Counted from the stretch's first letter, positions 1 to 9,900 are shown. The stretch: 64,000 nucleotides of DNA from Mageeibacillus sp. UBA5439 (GCA_002427505.1 DIRJ01000037.1:7597-71596), one strand, 5' to 3'. The notes: generated by a model not told the origin, from the sequence alone. Numbers and translations: made by a program.

Positions 1-803
1 TCACCATCATCAAGCCACAGGATCTCGGAACTATGATCTGGCCCTTGCCTTTGTCCGCTCTCTTCTATTGTGGACCACGCACTGCGCGTAAGCTGGCGCG
101 CATCAATATACGGACGATCGGAGAACTGGCCCAATGTGAAGCCGGTTATATTCAAAAAATTTTAGGTAAAAACGGTCTGAGTTTGTGGAATTTTGCCAAT
201 GGTGTCGATTCTTCGGAAGTACGGCCTGCCGGAGAACAGGAAGATATCAAATCAGTGGGTAACAGCACAACCTTGCCCTCTGACTTACACAACAGGGAAG
301 AAGTAAAGCGAACCTTTCTGCGCCTGGCTGACAAGGTAGCATCACGTTTGCGTAAAGCAAAGATGGTATGCCGGGGAGTGCAGATTTATGTGCGCGATAC
401 GGAGCTGCTGTCAATAGAGCGGCAGAGCAAACTATATATGTCGACCTGCGTGACCAGGACTTTGTACGAACAGGCCATGCAATTGTTTGATCAACATTAT
501 TTCTGGCAGCGGCCGATCCGCTCTCTGGGTTTGAGGGCCATAGACCTGATAGAGGAGAATCAGGATCGTCAGCTCTCCTTTTTGACGGATTTTAAGGAGG
601 AAGAGCGTTGGCGCGAAGCTGAGACTGCTATAGATAAAGTCCGTGAACGTCACGGGAATGAAGCTGTCACACGCGATTTTCGCTATTGCCGCGGTTCAGA
701 CAATCATGCAGTGGCTTCCGAACTCTATCGTTCCAAAGACAAGACAGGCAGGCTGGCGGACCAACATGTTCTGCCCCTGGGCTTTCAAGCTCTCAATGAA
801 TGA
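1..803 (+). CDS. dinB: Y-family DNA polymerase IV, C-terminal part (5' end lies outside the window)
   Basis: The frame is open from the window edge (phase of nt 3) to the TGA at 801-803. Thumb/little-finger-type sequence (GPRTARKLARINIRTIGELA, SVGNSTT, RLADKVASRLRK) is typical of DinB/ImpB polymerases. Confidence 0.8.
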   Translation, partial: TIIKPQDLGTMIWPLPLSALFYCGPRTARKLARINIRTIGELAQCEAGYIQKILGKNGLSLWNFANGVDSSEVRPAGEQEDIKSVGNSTTLPSDLHNREEVKRTFLRLADKVASRLRKAKMVCRGVQIYVRDTELLSIERQSKLYMSTCVTRTLYEQAMQLFDQHYFWQRPIRSLGLRAIDLIEENQDRQLSFLTDFKEEERWREAETAIDKVRERHGNEAVTRDFRYCRGSDNHAVASELYRSKDKTGRLADQHVLPLGFQALNE

Positions 804-816
804 AGGAGGCTGAATT

Positions 817-1056
817 GTGCTAAGGCGGGTTTATATTGATGTTCTGGCTCAATTCCATGCCGGGCGCGTGCGCCCTGTCAGCCTGACTTTGGCGGATGGG
901 CGCCGCTATGTCATCGATCGTATAACTGATGTCAGAAGAGCGCCAGCCAAATCAGGCGGTGCCGGTTTGCGTTATACCTGTGTAATCCTGGAACGCCAGG
1001 TAGCGCTCTATTTTGACGAATGGGAAAATGTCTGGTGGTATGATGGCCGGAAATGA
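817..1056 (+). CDS. Small hypothetical protein (79 aa) tightly coupled to the Y-family polymerase gene
   Basis: GTG start sits 7 nt after a strong SD (gaaggagg, 803-810) and 13 nt after the dinB stop. No family recognised by eye. Confidence 0.6.
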   Translation: MLRRVYIDVLAQFHAGRVRPVSLTLADGRRYVIDRITDVRRAPAKSGGAGLRYTCVILERQVALYFDEWENVWWYDGRK

Positions 1057-1067
1057 GTGAATCCGGT

Positions 1068-2909
1068 CTAGCTGGTCAGACTAATGCGGAACAGCGCATC
1101 CCAGGAAATGATTTGTTCTTCCATAGTGGCCAGTTCTTGCTGCAGGAAGGCCAGCTCTTCTGCATCGGGCAGAGTACTCCTGGTTCCGTCAGTCCAGACA
1201 GGCAGGGGAAGGGAACGATAAACGTGCAAAAGAGCATAAGCGGCTCTGTGAAATCTGCGTGGATCCAGCTCGCGTATGCCGGCAAAAAATTCCTCTGTCT
1301 TACCAAAGATGACGGCACGGGGCAAAGCGCTGATTACGGTCTCCACATCGGTTAAACCCGGTTCATTGTTTGCAATCAAATCCTGAGTGGAAGAGAGGCT
1401 TCTCAGATAAACCCGCATCTCCCGGTAAAGAGCATAACCTCGCGTGGTAAAGGTAAGCTGTTTTTTGCCGCTGATAATCAGTAAAAGCCCTGGCAGGATC
1501 AGGATGAGCGGCCAGGCTGATCTGGCATAAGTACTCAGGAACAAGGCTAAAATAATATCGATCAGTCCGAAAAACTGGAAGCTCAGACGCTTGAATACAG
1601 TCAGAATCCTATTTACCCAGCCCAGTTGACGAAAGTCATTTAAGACCAGCTCCTGAAAAGCTTTATAGCGTTCCTGAAAATCACGGTGCTTCTGTATACC
1701 GCGTGTCTCACGTCGCAGTCGCTGGGCAGCCAGAACCGGATTGGGATCTTCAGTAGGATCAAACAGCCACTGTAAAAGATAGGCTTCCCAGGCGGTAAAG
1801 CTGGAAAAGTCATCTCTGCCGGGATATTTCCAGACAATAATCTCATCCTCCCAGACCAGTTCCCGTTTGTTCATTAAACTGAGCAGACTGCTCAGAAGAT
1901 CGCGCCCATCATTTTTTCTGCCCATTAATATCTTCAGATATACTTCCGGGGTCAGTGAGATTTCCAGAGAGTGGTCGCGTTTACTGTGGAGCCAGGGTAA
2001 ACGTCGTAAAAAGGCAATCAGCAACCAGAGCAAAAAACTGAAAATGCTGAAGGTAATTATAATCAGCGGCAGGAAATGACGCATGCGAGCGCGGTTGTGC
2101 AGGACGGTGATTTGTTCCTGAGCTGCCTCCAGACGCTCAGAAATAGGTTTTTGGCTTGTCGTGTCAGTCAGCGTGGAAAAAGCGCTGCGGGGAGCTGTAA
2201 TCAGAAGTGCCGTTTTACTCTCCACAGTAAAACGGCCCTGAGAGCGATACATGATGGAGTTTTCAGTTTTGTTCAATTCAACAAAGGGGGTTGAAGAAAC
2301 TGTTACAGCCTGCGTGTCTCCAAGGGACAAATTAGCAGGCAGCTGCACCGACCATTCCGCAGAAGAGACTTCAAGACCTAACGGAAGAGATGACATCGGT
2401 CCCTCCATTATAGCCAGGCTGTCCCGCTTGGTGACTCCCCGGTTCCATTCATAGGAAATATGGATGTTGTGCTCACCCGGGCCGAGGGGAAGATTCAGGG
2501 TCAACCTGGTTTCTCTCAAAGTGGAGCTGCTGCGATAGGAGAAATTCTGAGCAATAGTCTCGTCATAGGATGGAATCAACACAAAATTCTCACTTGTACC
2601 GGAGCCGAAATACTCCAGGGTTTGTAGCTGGGAATGCCCTTCTGTAGGGTTGCGCAAGATGATCGGCACCTGTTCGATATTATTCAAGACGGTGAAGCTG
2701 ATCGTTTCATCCACAAGGACACGACCATCCTGCAACAAACGAACGTTTACAGAGTCGCGGTTAAAAAGCAGATCCTGTGAATTGCCTGAGCTCGCTTGCG
2801 AAATTAAGCTCTGACAAAGAAAAACAGACAGAAAAATCAGAGACAGGATTAATAAATGAAATAGCCTGTTCCTGAATATTCTTTTATCAGCTTCATACTT
2901 CAGTCTCAC
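1068..2909 (-). CDS. DUF2207-like integral membrane protein (N-terminal anchor, extracytoplasmic domain, C-terminal multi-TM region)
   Basis: 613-aa ORF with a GTG start preceded by the SD aaggag. It has an N-terminal hydrophobic helix, a roughly 250-aa beta-rich domain, then several TM helices. The architecture matches DUF2207 proteins from memory. Confidence 0.55.
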   Translation of the reverse strand: MRLKYEADKRIFRNRLFHLLILSLIFLSVFLCQSLISQASSGNSQDLLFNRDSVNVRLLQDGRVLVDETISFTVLNNIEQVPIILRNPTEGHSQLQTLEYFGSGTSENFVLIPSYDETIAQNFSYRSSSTLRETRLTLNLPLGPGEHNIHISYEWNRGVTKRDSLAIMEGPMSSLPLGLEVSSAEWSVQLPANLSLGDTQAVTVSSTPFVELNKTENSIMYRSQGRFTVESKTALLITAPRSAFSTLTDTTSQKPISERLEAAQEQITVLHNRARMRHFLPLIIITFSIFSFLLWLLIAFLRRLPWLHSKRDHSLEISLTPEVYLKILMGRKNDGRDLLSSLLSLMNKRELVWEDEIIVWKYPGRDDFSSFTAWEAYLLQWLFDPTEDPNPVLAAQRLRRETRGIQKHRDFQERYKAFQELVLNDFRQLGWVNRILTVFKRLSFQFFGLIDIILALFLSTYARSAWPLILILPGLLLIISGKKQLTFTTRGYALYREMRVYLRSLSSTQDLIANNEPGLTDVETVISALPRAVIFGKTEEFFAGIRELDPRRFHRAAYALLHVYRSLPLPVWTDGTRSTLPDAEELAFLQQELATMEEQIISWDALFRISLTS

Positions 2910-3126
2910 ATGGTCTCCTTGCTAGCTATATATACGACTGTTTCCGGTTGAAATTTGTTTATATACCATGATATAACAGTTTCGGCTTTTTTTTCTATTG
3001 CTGCTCTGACTGACAGCAGGTAAAATCAACTCGCATAATTTAAGCAAATTGCAGCTGGCAAAGCCCCGGTCCGGATTGTGCGCATACATTTGCAATCAAG
3101 ACCTTAGCTCTTGACGGATTAATCAG

Positions 3127-3155
3127 TTGACCTTGAAAAAATCATAACGTATACT
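3127..3155 (+). promoter_or_regulatory. Candidate sigma-A promoter for rpsU (TTGACC, 17 nt spacer, TATACT)
   Basis: -35 TTGACC at 3127-3132, 17-nt spacer, -10 TATACT at 3150-3155, about 60 nt upstream of the rpsU start. Confidence 0.45.
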
Positions 3156-3215
3156 GTGATTTGTTGTAGATCAAAAGGTTTGCACGGATTACACTGTGAG
3201 GGGAGTTGATTTAAT

Positions 3216-3389
3216 TTGGCTGAAATTCGTGTCAAGGACAACGAAACCCTGGACAGTGCATTGAGGCGTTTTAAGCGTTCGTGTGCTCGTTCAGGTGTTC
3301 TAGCTGAAGTACGCAAACGCGAATATTACGAAAAACCAAGCGTAAAGCGGAAGAGAAAGTCTGAAGCTGCACGCAAGCGTAAGCGCTAA
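3216..3389 (+). CDS. rpsU: 30S ribosomal protein S21
   Basis: TTG start after the SD gaggggag. Hand translation gives [57 protein letters not shown] (57 aa), a textbook S21. It is absent from the ORF track because it is under 60 aa. The track shows only a spurious antisense ORF at 3119-3316. Confidence 0.9.
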   Translation: MAEIRVKDNETLDSALRRFKRSCARSGVLAEVRKREYYEKPSVKRKRKSEAARKRKR

Positions 3390-3413
3390 AGAGTTCTTAG
3401 TTTGTGGAGGACA

Positions 3414-3446
3414 GGTTCGCCGAATAGCCGGCGAACCTTTTTTTTT
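3414..3446 (+). terminator. Rho-independent terminator after rpsU
   Basis: Stem ggttcgcc / ggcgaacc (8 bp, 8-nt loop) followed by a run of 9 T. Confidence 0.7.
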
Positions 3447-3448
3447 AA

Positions 3449-5569
3449 ATGAGTGATAAAAATACTTTTTCAGAAAAAACCAGAAAGGAAATCCTGCGTT
3501 GGCTCAATCCTTTGGCCTGGCAGGTAAAAGCTGAGCGTGAACCTCAACTGTGGGACACTCTGCTTCAGGCCAGGGGACTGAAGCAGGGGAGCCAGCGCGA
3601 TAAATTTTTCAGTCCTGAAGAGATTCCCTTTCATGATCCCTTCCTTTTTCGCGACATGCATCAGGCCTGTGACTTGCTTCGGAAGCATATCCGGGCTGGT
3701 AAAAAGGATTTTCTGATTTTTGGTGATTATGATGCTGACGGTTTTTGTGCCGCGTCAATTTTGTATCGCTATTTCTGCGCTATAGGTATTAAACCGCGCG
3801 TGCTTATTCCGGAGCGTCTGACGGAAGGCTATGATCTCAACCTGGAACAAGTGGCGACTATACTGGAAGATCCTCCCCATCTGTTGATCACAGTTGACTG
3901 CGGAACCAATGCAGAAGAGTCTGTACAGGCGCTTTTAGCAGCAGGTGTGTCCGTGATTATAAGTGATCACCATCAGGCTCTTAGCTTGCCGGACCGTACA
4001 CTGTGTCCATATATTAATCCCATTATTGCAGATGAAACTTATCCTTTCCCCTTTCTTAGCGGTGCCGGAGTAGCCTTGAAACTTGCCTTGGCTTTTTCGA
4101 AAGATTATCCGGTTTCTCAGGGAACTCTGGATACACTCTACACACTGGCAGCTGTGGCAACTGTTGCGGATATAATGCCACTACAGGACGAAAACCGTCA
4201 TCTGGTCTGGTCCGGCATTCAATTTTTCCCGCAGGCTGCTCCACCAGGCTTGCTGCAGCTGGCTCATAAACGTGATATCAGCAGCCAGCTTTTTTCCTTT
4301 TATATCGGACCGCGCCTTAATGCTGCCGGCCGTATGGGGCAGGCAGACGTAGCCCTGGACCTTTTGCTCAGTGATGATGCTGAGGAGTCGCAAAGTTTGG
4401 CTGAGCAGCTGGAAAACTTGAATCAGCAGCGCAAAAGTATAGAGGAAGACATTTTTGTGAAGGCGGTCAGCCAACTTGAGGATGAATATCCGGAGAAAAA
4501 ACCTCCCTTGGTGCTAGTACATGGAAAAGACTGGCACCTTGGAGTTTTGGGGATCGTGGCCAGCAGGCTGACGGAACATTACCGCTGTCCGGCGCTGGTG
4601 CTCTCCGAAACGGGCAATATTCTCAAAGGATCCGGACGCTCCTATGCAAACTTTAATCTTTTAGCTTCTCTGGATTTCGCAGCAGATCATCTGCTTCAGT
4701 ACGGGGGACACGAACAAGCATGTGGTATACAGCTGCTGCCGGACCAACTCGATGATCTGAAGCAATCATTGCAAGAATATATCAGCGAACATCCTCAGAG
4801 TCTGACTGCTCAGCCCCTAATAGCAGACTGCCTGCTGGATATAAATGAGATAAGTGTCGGCCTCATCGAAGAACTGGAGAAATTTGAGCCTTTTGGGCAG
4901 GCCAATCCTGCGCCTGTCTTCATTATTCCGAATCTTTTGCTTGAGCAGATTTATACTGTGGGCCAGGGCAGACACCTCCGTTTGAGTGTGAACGATGGCT
5001 CCTCCGGCAGAATTAACATGATTGCATTTAACCTCGGCCATGAGATTATCCACTATCAGGCAGGTGACCGCATCGACGTGCTGGGTATAGCTGAAATTAA
5101 TGACTATATGGGAACACGCAGACCTCAGGTGAGAATAGAGGCAATCAGACCTGCAGACGAAGATGCCCTGAGCTATAAAGCTATAGCTGACTGGCTAGCA
5201 TTTCTGGAATTACGGGAAAAGGGCTGCAAACCCCGGCCAATGAACGAATCTGATTCACTTTCAGCGGATATTTTTCCTTTTATCTGGCAGCTGTTAAATG
5301 CTATCGGCGGCAGAGGACAGGAAGCCTTCATTTTCAAACCTTCACGTATGGCGCGCTTGCTGCGGGAAGGGTATAATATATTCTCTTCAGAATTGTCTTT
5401 GCTGCTGGCTTTGTCCGTTCTGGAGGAGGCCGGTCTTATTTGCCTGATGCTGGAAGAAGATGCGGGTGCACTTCTAATTTCTATAGACATACCTGAAGAA
5501 ACAAAACCCAGACTGCGAGAGACGAGTACATGGTTGCTGCTGGAACAGTGTGGAGGAATAAAGGAATGA
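3449..5569 (+). CDS. recJ: Single-stranded-DNA-specific exonuclease RecJ
   Basis: 706 aa. DHH-family motifs are present: FGDYDADG, VDCG, ISDHH, and GGH in the DHHA1 region. Confidence 0.9.
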   Translation: MSDKNTFSEKTRKEILRWLNPLAWQVKAEREPQLWDTLLQARGLKQGSQRDKFFSPEEIPFHDPFLFRDMHQACDLLRKHIRAGKKDFLIFGDYDADGFCAASILYRYFCAIGIKPRVLIPERLTEGYDLNLEQVATILEDPPHLLITVDCGTNAEESVQALLAAGVSVIISDHHQALSLPDRTLCPYINPIIADETYPFPFLSGAGVALKLALAFSKDYPVSQGTLDTLYTLAAVATVADIMPLQDENRHLVWSGIQFFPQAAPPGLLQLAHKRDISSQLFSFYIGPRLNAAGRMGQADVALDLLLSDDAEESQSLAEQLENLNQQRKSIEEDIFVKAVSQLEDEYPEKKPPLVLVHGKDWHLGVLGIVASRLTEHYRCPALVLSETGNILKGSGRSYANFNLLASLDFAADHLLQYGGHEQACGIQLLPDQLDDLKQSLQEYISEHPQSLTAQPLIADCLLDINEISVGLIEELEKFEPFGQANPAPVFIIPNLLLEQIYTVGQGRHLRLSVNDGSSGRINMIAFNLGHEIIHYQAGDRIDVLGIAEINDYMGTRRPQVRIEAIRPADEDALSYKAIADWLAFLELREKGCKPRPMNESDSLSADIFPFIWQLLNAIGGRGQEAFIFKPSRMARLLREGYNIFSSELSLLLALSVLEEAGLICLMLEEDAGALLISIDIPEETKPRLRETSTWLLLEQCGGIKE

Positions 5570-7938
5570 CAGAAGTTAAAGATAAGGGAAAAATAACGGC
5601 TGCGATTCCGCCGTTGGAGGCAGAGGCCTACATCGCCCATGCTGACAAGGAAGTGCAGCATATCGTTGAGGTCTGGAAAGAATACACGGGCAGGCAGGAT
5701 GCATCGCTGATTCTGCGTGCCTATGAATATGCCAAAAAAGCCCATTCGCATCAGAAGCGAGCTACAGGCGAACCCTATATAACTCACCCGGTTGCCGCCA
5801 GCAAAGTATTGCTCGATTTACAACTGGACGACAATACGCTGGCAGCTGCCCTCCTGCATGACACAGTTGAGGACACCGACACTACTCTGGAGGATATCAG
5901 GAGAGAATTTGGTCAGGAAGTCATGCAACTGGTTGACGGAGTCACCAAACTATCCCGAATATCATATTCTTCACAAGAAGAAGAACAGGCGCAAAATTTC
6001 CGCAAAATGTTCCTTGCTATGGCTAAAGATATTCGCGTAGTTTTAATCAAACTGGCCGACCGTCTGCACAATATGCGCACGATGAAGTACAAAGATCCCG
6101 ACAAGCAGATTTCCACAGCCAGGGAAACTCTGGATATATATGCTCCTTTAGCTCATCGTTTGGGTATTTATAAGATCAAGTGGGAACTGGAGGATCTCAG
6201 TTTAAGATATCTGGATCCTGATGCTTACTATGAGTTGGTCGGTAACATCGCCCAGCGTCGCGGAGACCGGGAGAAATACCTGATGGAAATCGTAGCCGAG
6301 CTGCGTGACCGTATTTCCGAGATGGGTATTGAAGCGGACATCGAAGGCCGCCCCAAGCATTTTTACAGTATCTACCGCAAGATGAAGGCGCAGAAGAAAG
6401 ACATCGATGAGATCTATGATATTTTTGCAACGCGGGTAATAGTCCCGACAGTGGGCGATTGCTATGCAGTTCTGGGTCTGGTGCATGAACTCTACAAACC
6501 CATGCCCGGACGTTTTAAAGATTATATCGCTATGCCCAAAACGAACGGCTATCAATCTTTGCACACTACTGTCGTCGGCAGCCGGGGCATTCCCTTTGAA
6601 GTACAGATACGCACAGCTGAGATGCATTACACTGCTGAATATGGAATCGCAGCACACTGGCGTTATAAAGAAGGCAGGCAGGACCAGAAGGTTACTTCAG
6701 CTGAAATGCGCCTCAATTGGCTCAGACAGCTGACTGAATGGCAGAGTGATACCCGGGATGCCTCAGAATTTATGGCGACTCTGAAAGAGGGGCTGATAAC
6801 GGATGAAGTTTTTGTCTTTACGCCTCAGGGCGATGTAATTGACTTGCCCGCCGGAGCTGTTCCTGTTGATTTTGCTTACCACATCCACAGCGATATCGGA
6901 AATTCAATGTACGGAGCTAAAGTCAACGGACGTATGGTTCCTCTGACCTATGAGCTGCAAAACGGTGATATTGTTGAAGTCCTTACTTCAGATAAAGTTC
7001 GTGGTCCTTCGCGCGACTGGCTTTCCATCATCAAAAGCGGCACAGCGCGCAACAAGATATCAACCTGGTTCAAGCGCGAGCGCCGCGAAGAAAATATAGT
7101 GCGGGGCAGAGAAATACTGGAGCGCGAAATAAAGAACACAGGATTTTTACCTGCGGATTTACTGCAGAAAGATATCATCGCTCCTGCACTTAAACGCTAT
7201 TCCTACAGCACAATTGATGATATTTATGCTGCTATAGGTTATGGCGGTCTTCAGGCGAAACGTGTCGTACCGCGCCTGCGTGATTCCTATCTGCGCACTT
7301 TGCCGGCGGAGGAATTGGCGGAAAGAGGCTACATGCTTACCAGCCGGGGGCAGATTGTCTACAGTCCTGAACAGATTCTGACTGAAGAAAAACTGCTAAA
7401 AGGCGGCGAAGCGACTGTAATCAGTAAAGCGAAGAAGAAGCCTGACAGCGAAAAGGAAATCCCCGTAAAAGTACAAGGTTTGGATAACGCTTTAGTTAAG
7501 CTGTCAAAATGCTGCAACCCGGTACCGGGTGATGCGATTATCGGATACATCACCAGAGGGCAGGGCGTAGCAGTCCATAGGATGAACTGCACTAATATCC
7601 GTCATATTCTGGAGAAATTTGACCGTTCTCAGGCAGATGCGGAGCGTGCGGCACGTCTGATAGATGTATCCTGGATCGACAGTAGTTCGCACAGCACTTA
7701 TCCGGTAGATCTTCAGATAATTGCACGCGACCGTGCCAGATTACTGGCGGAAATTTCAGCTGCAATCGCTGAAGAACATGCATCTGTGCAATCAGCATCC
7801 ATGTCTTCAGCGAAGGATATCAGCGCCAACATTATGATGACGGTGAATGTCGAAAACCAGGAACAATTTGACCGCCTGATTGGCCGGATTAAGGCAATTG
7901 ACAGTGTGGTTAGAGTTACACGCGGACACAACTCATAG
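5566..7938 (+). CDS. relA: Bifunctional (p)ppGpp synthetase/hydrolase (RelA/SpoT homolog)
   Basis: HD hydrolase motif HDTVEDT, synthetase motif DYIAMPKTNGYQSLHTTV, and TGS and ACT-like C-terminal regions. I prefer the ATG at 5566 because it overlaps the recJ stop (ATGA). The track ORF opens at 5530. Confidence 0.92.
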   Translation: MTEVKDKGKITAAIPPLEAEAYIAHADKEVQHIVEVWKEYTGRQDASLILRAYEYAKKAHSHQKRATGEPYITHPVAASKVLLDLQLDDNTLAAALLHDTVEDTDTTLEDIRREFGQEVMQLVDGVTKLSRISYSSQEEEQAQNFRKMFLAMAKDIRVVLIKLADRLHNMRTMKYKDPDKQISTARETLDIYAPLAHRLGIYKIKWELEDLSLRYLDPDAYYELVGNIAQRRGDREKYLMEIVAELRDRISEMGIEADIEGRPKHFYSIYRKMKAQKKDIDEIYDIFATRVIVPTVGDCYAVLGLVHELYKPMPGRFKDYIAMPKTNGYQSLHTTVVGSRGIPFEVQIRTAEMHYTAEYGIAAHWRYKEGRQDQKVTSAEMRLNWLRQLTEWQSDTRDASEFMATLKEGLITDEVFVFTPQGDVIDLPAGAVPVDFAYHIHSDIGNSMYGAKVNGRMVPLTYELQNGDIVEVLTSDKVRGPSRDWLSIIKSGTARNKISTWFKRERREENIVRGREILEREIKNTGFLPADLLQKDIIAPALKRYSYSTIDDIYAAIGYGGLQAKRVVPRLRDSYLRTLPAEELAERGYMLTSRGQIVYSPEQILTEEKLLKGGEATVISKAKKKPDSEKEIPVKVQGLDNALVKLSKCCNPVPGDAIIGYITRGQGVAVHRMNCTNIRHILEKFDRSQADAERAARLIDVSWIDSSSHSTYPVDLQIIARDRARLLAEISAAIAEEHASVQSASMSSAKDISANIMMTVNVENQEQFDRLIGRIKAIDSVVRVTRGHNS

Positions 7939-9696
7939 CAGGTTAATCGATACAATCACAACCGGGCGGCGGCGGGTGTAGTCAAAGAGTGCTTTTTGTA
8001 TCTCATTCTTAATATTTTTTTCAGTTAAGGCATAAAACAGCGGTTTGCCGCGTTTTCTCTGCTTCTTGCTCATATCGTCAAGCCGTTCACGGCAAATGTC
8101 TACGATGTGATGCATCTCGCTTGAATAGATAAAGCCCCGGGTCTGGATATCGACTTCTCCTAAAATTTCATCTTTATCCTTATCCAGTGTCAGAGCAATA
8201 GTGACAACACCGTCATCAGCCAGAAGACGCCGGTCATGCAAGACATATTCGTCGATGTCTCCCATTCCGGACCCGTCGATGGGGATACCTTCACCTTCAG
8301 TAAAACCGGCAAAAGACATGCGATCGGGATAAAGCTCCAAAATATCACCATTTTTCAAAATAGCGATATTATCTGAAGCTGTTCCCATATCATTGATCAG
8401 CTTGGCATGCGTATAAAGCATGCGGTACTCACCATGGGCGGGGATAAAGAATTTAGGTCTGACCAGGCGATTCATCAGCAGCAGCTCATCACGGAAAGCG
8501 TGGCCCGAGGCGTGCACGTCAGCTAATGTGTGATAGATAACATCGGCACCTTTTCGGAACAGGGCATCGATAACCTTATAGATGGCTGTCTCATTTCCGG
8601 GAATCATCGAAGACGAAAGCACCACAGTATCACCAGGCATTATCTCAACGCTGCGATGTTCAGAAAAAGCTAATCTGGTCAGGGCTGCCATAGGTTCACC
8701 CTGACTGCCCGTGGTTAGCAGCACCAGCTGTTCCGGTGCATAGTTATCCAGCTCGTTCAGATTAATGACAGTTTTCGGATTATAATCCAGATAATTCAGC
8801 TCAGTAGCTGCATTAAAAGTGTTGAGCATGCTGCGGCCAAGGATCAGCACCTTGCGGTCATACTTTTCCGCTGCGGTGATAACCTGCTGGAGACGCCAGA
8901 CATTGGACGCAAAGGTGGTAATAATTATGCGTCCGGCGGCATTGGCGAAAATCTCTGAAAAAGCTTCTCCGACTTTGGACTCGGACATGGAGTGGCCCTC
9001 ACGTTCGATATTTGTACTATCTGAGATCAGCGCCAGCACTCCCTGGTTGCCCAGTTCAGCAAAGGTGCCCAGGTCGATCGGATCACCTTTGATCGGAGTA
9101 TAATCTACCTTAAAGTCACCCGTCACAATAACAGTGCCTACAGGGCAGCTCAGGGCAATAGAAACTGCATCAGGAACGGAGTGATTAACATGAATGAAGC
9201 GAACAGAAAATTTCCCCGCATCTACAGTGTCTCCTGCTTTGACCTGACGCAGATCGGCTTTAAGCAAAAGATTCTTATTGCGGCTTTCCAACTTGTTTTC
9301 AATCAGCTTAATAGTCAGGGGTGTGGCATAAAGCGGAACATCGAACTCATCAATGAACCAGGGGATGGCGCCAATGTGATCTTCGTGTCCGTGCGTAATA
9401 AATAAGCCCCTGATTTTGTGGCGGTTTTCACGCAGATAGGTAAAGTCAGGAATGATTACATCCACCCCCGGCATATCGCTGTCCGGAAAGCCCATGCCAC
9501 AGTCAACGATGACAATTTCATCCTCATATTCTAAAACAGTCATATTCTTTCCTACTTCATGCATGCCGCCAAGCGGAATAACACGAAGTGGCTGATCATT
9601 TGATTCTCCGGGCAGATCCGAGCCATTTCGGTAGGGACGTGTCAGGTTGCGATCTTTCTTTTTTTTGCGGGAAGATTTTCCCGATGAATTAGTCAT
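7933..9696 (-). CDS. rnj: Ribonuclease J
   Basis: 587 aa. Metallo-beta-lactamase motif HGHEDHIG, beta-CASP region and RNase J-type C-terminal domain. A ggag SD lies 5 nt upstream of the ATG. Confidence 0.9.
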   Translation of the reverse strand: MTNSSGKSSRKKKKDRNLTRPYRNGSDLPGESNDQPLRVIPLGGMHEVGKNMTVLEYEDEIVIVDCGMGFPDSDMPGVDVIIPDFTYLRENRHKIRGLFITHGHEDHIGAIPWFIDEFDVPLYATPLTIKLIENKLESRNKNLLLKADLRQVKAGDTVDAGKFSVRFIHVNHSVPDAVSIALSCPVGTVIVTGDFKVDYTPIKGDPIDLGTFAELGNQGVLALISDSTNIEREGHSMSESKVGEAFSEIFANAAGRIIITTFASNVWRLQQVITAAEKYDRKVLILGRSMLNTFNAATELNYLDYNPKTVINLNELDNYAPEQLVLLTTGSQGEPMAALTRLAFSEHRSVEIMPGDTVVLSSSMIPGNETAIYKVIDALFRKGADVIYHTLADVHASGHAFRDELLLMNRLVRPKFFIPAHGEYRMLYTHAKLINDMGTASDNIAILKNGDILELYPDRMSFAGFTEGEGIPIDGSGMGDIDEYVLHDRRLLADDGVVTIALTLDKDKDEILGEVDIQTRGFIYSSEMHHIVDICRERLDDMSKKQRKRGKPLFYALTEKNIKNEIQKALFDYTRRRPVVIVSINLL

Positions 9697-9870
9697 AAAT
9701 TCTCCATATTTCTATTGTTAAACGCAAGCCGGCAATAAAAGCAGGCTCCGTCTGTTCGTTATAGATACCATACTATGGTATATTTTAAACGCCTTTGTCA
9801 CAAGTGTATCGGGAAAAGTTCCGGGATAAGAATAGACTTAACACGTTAATCAGAAAAAAACAAACAGGAC

Positions 9871-9900
9871 TTGAAACAACTGTACCTGTCATGCTAAAAT
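9871..9900 (+). promoter_or_regulatory. Candidate promoter for rpsT (TTGAAA, 18 nt spacer, TAAAAT with upstream TGc)
   Basis: -35 at 9871-9876 and -10 at 9895-9900, about 35 nt upstream of the rpsT start. Confidence 0.35.

Noticed and set aside
3119-3316. 65-aa minus-strand ORF in the rpsU region
   Set aside because: It is the antisense shadow of the genuine S21 gene on the plus strand.
5173-5787. 204-aa minus-strand ORF spanning the recJ/relA junction
   Set aside because: It is fully antisense to two confidently identified genes. The translation is Ser/Arg-rich and low complexity, and there is no SD.
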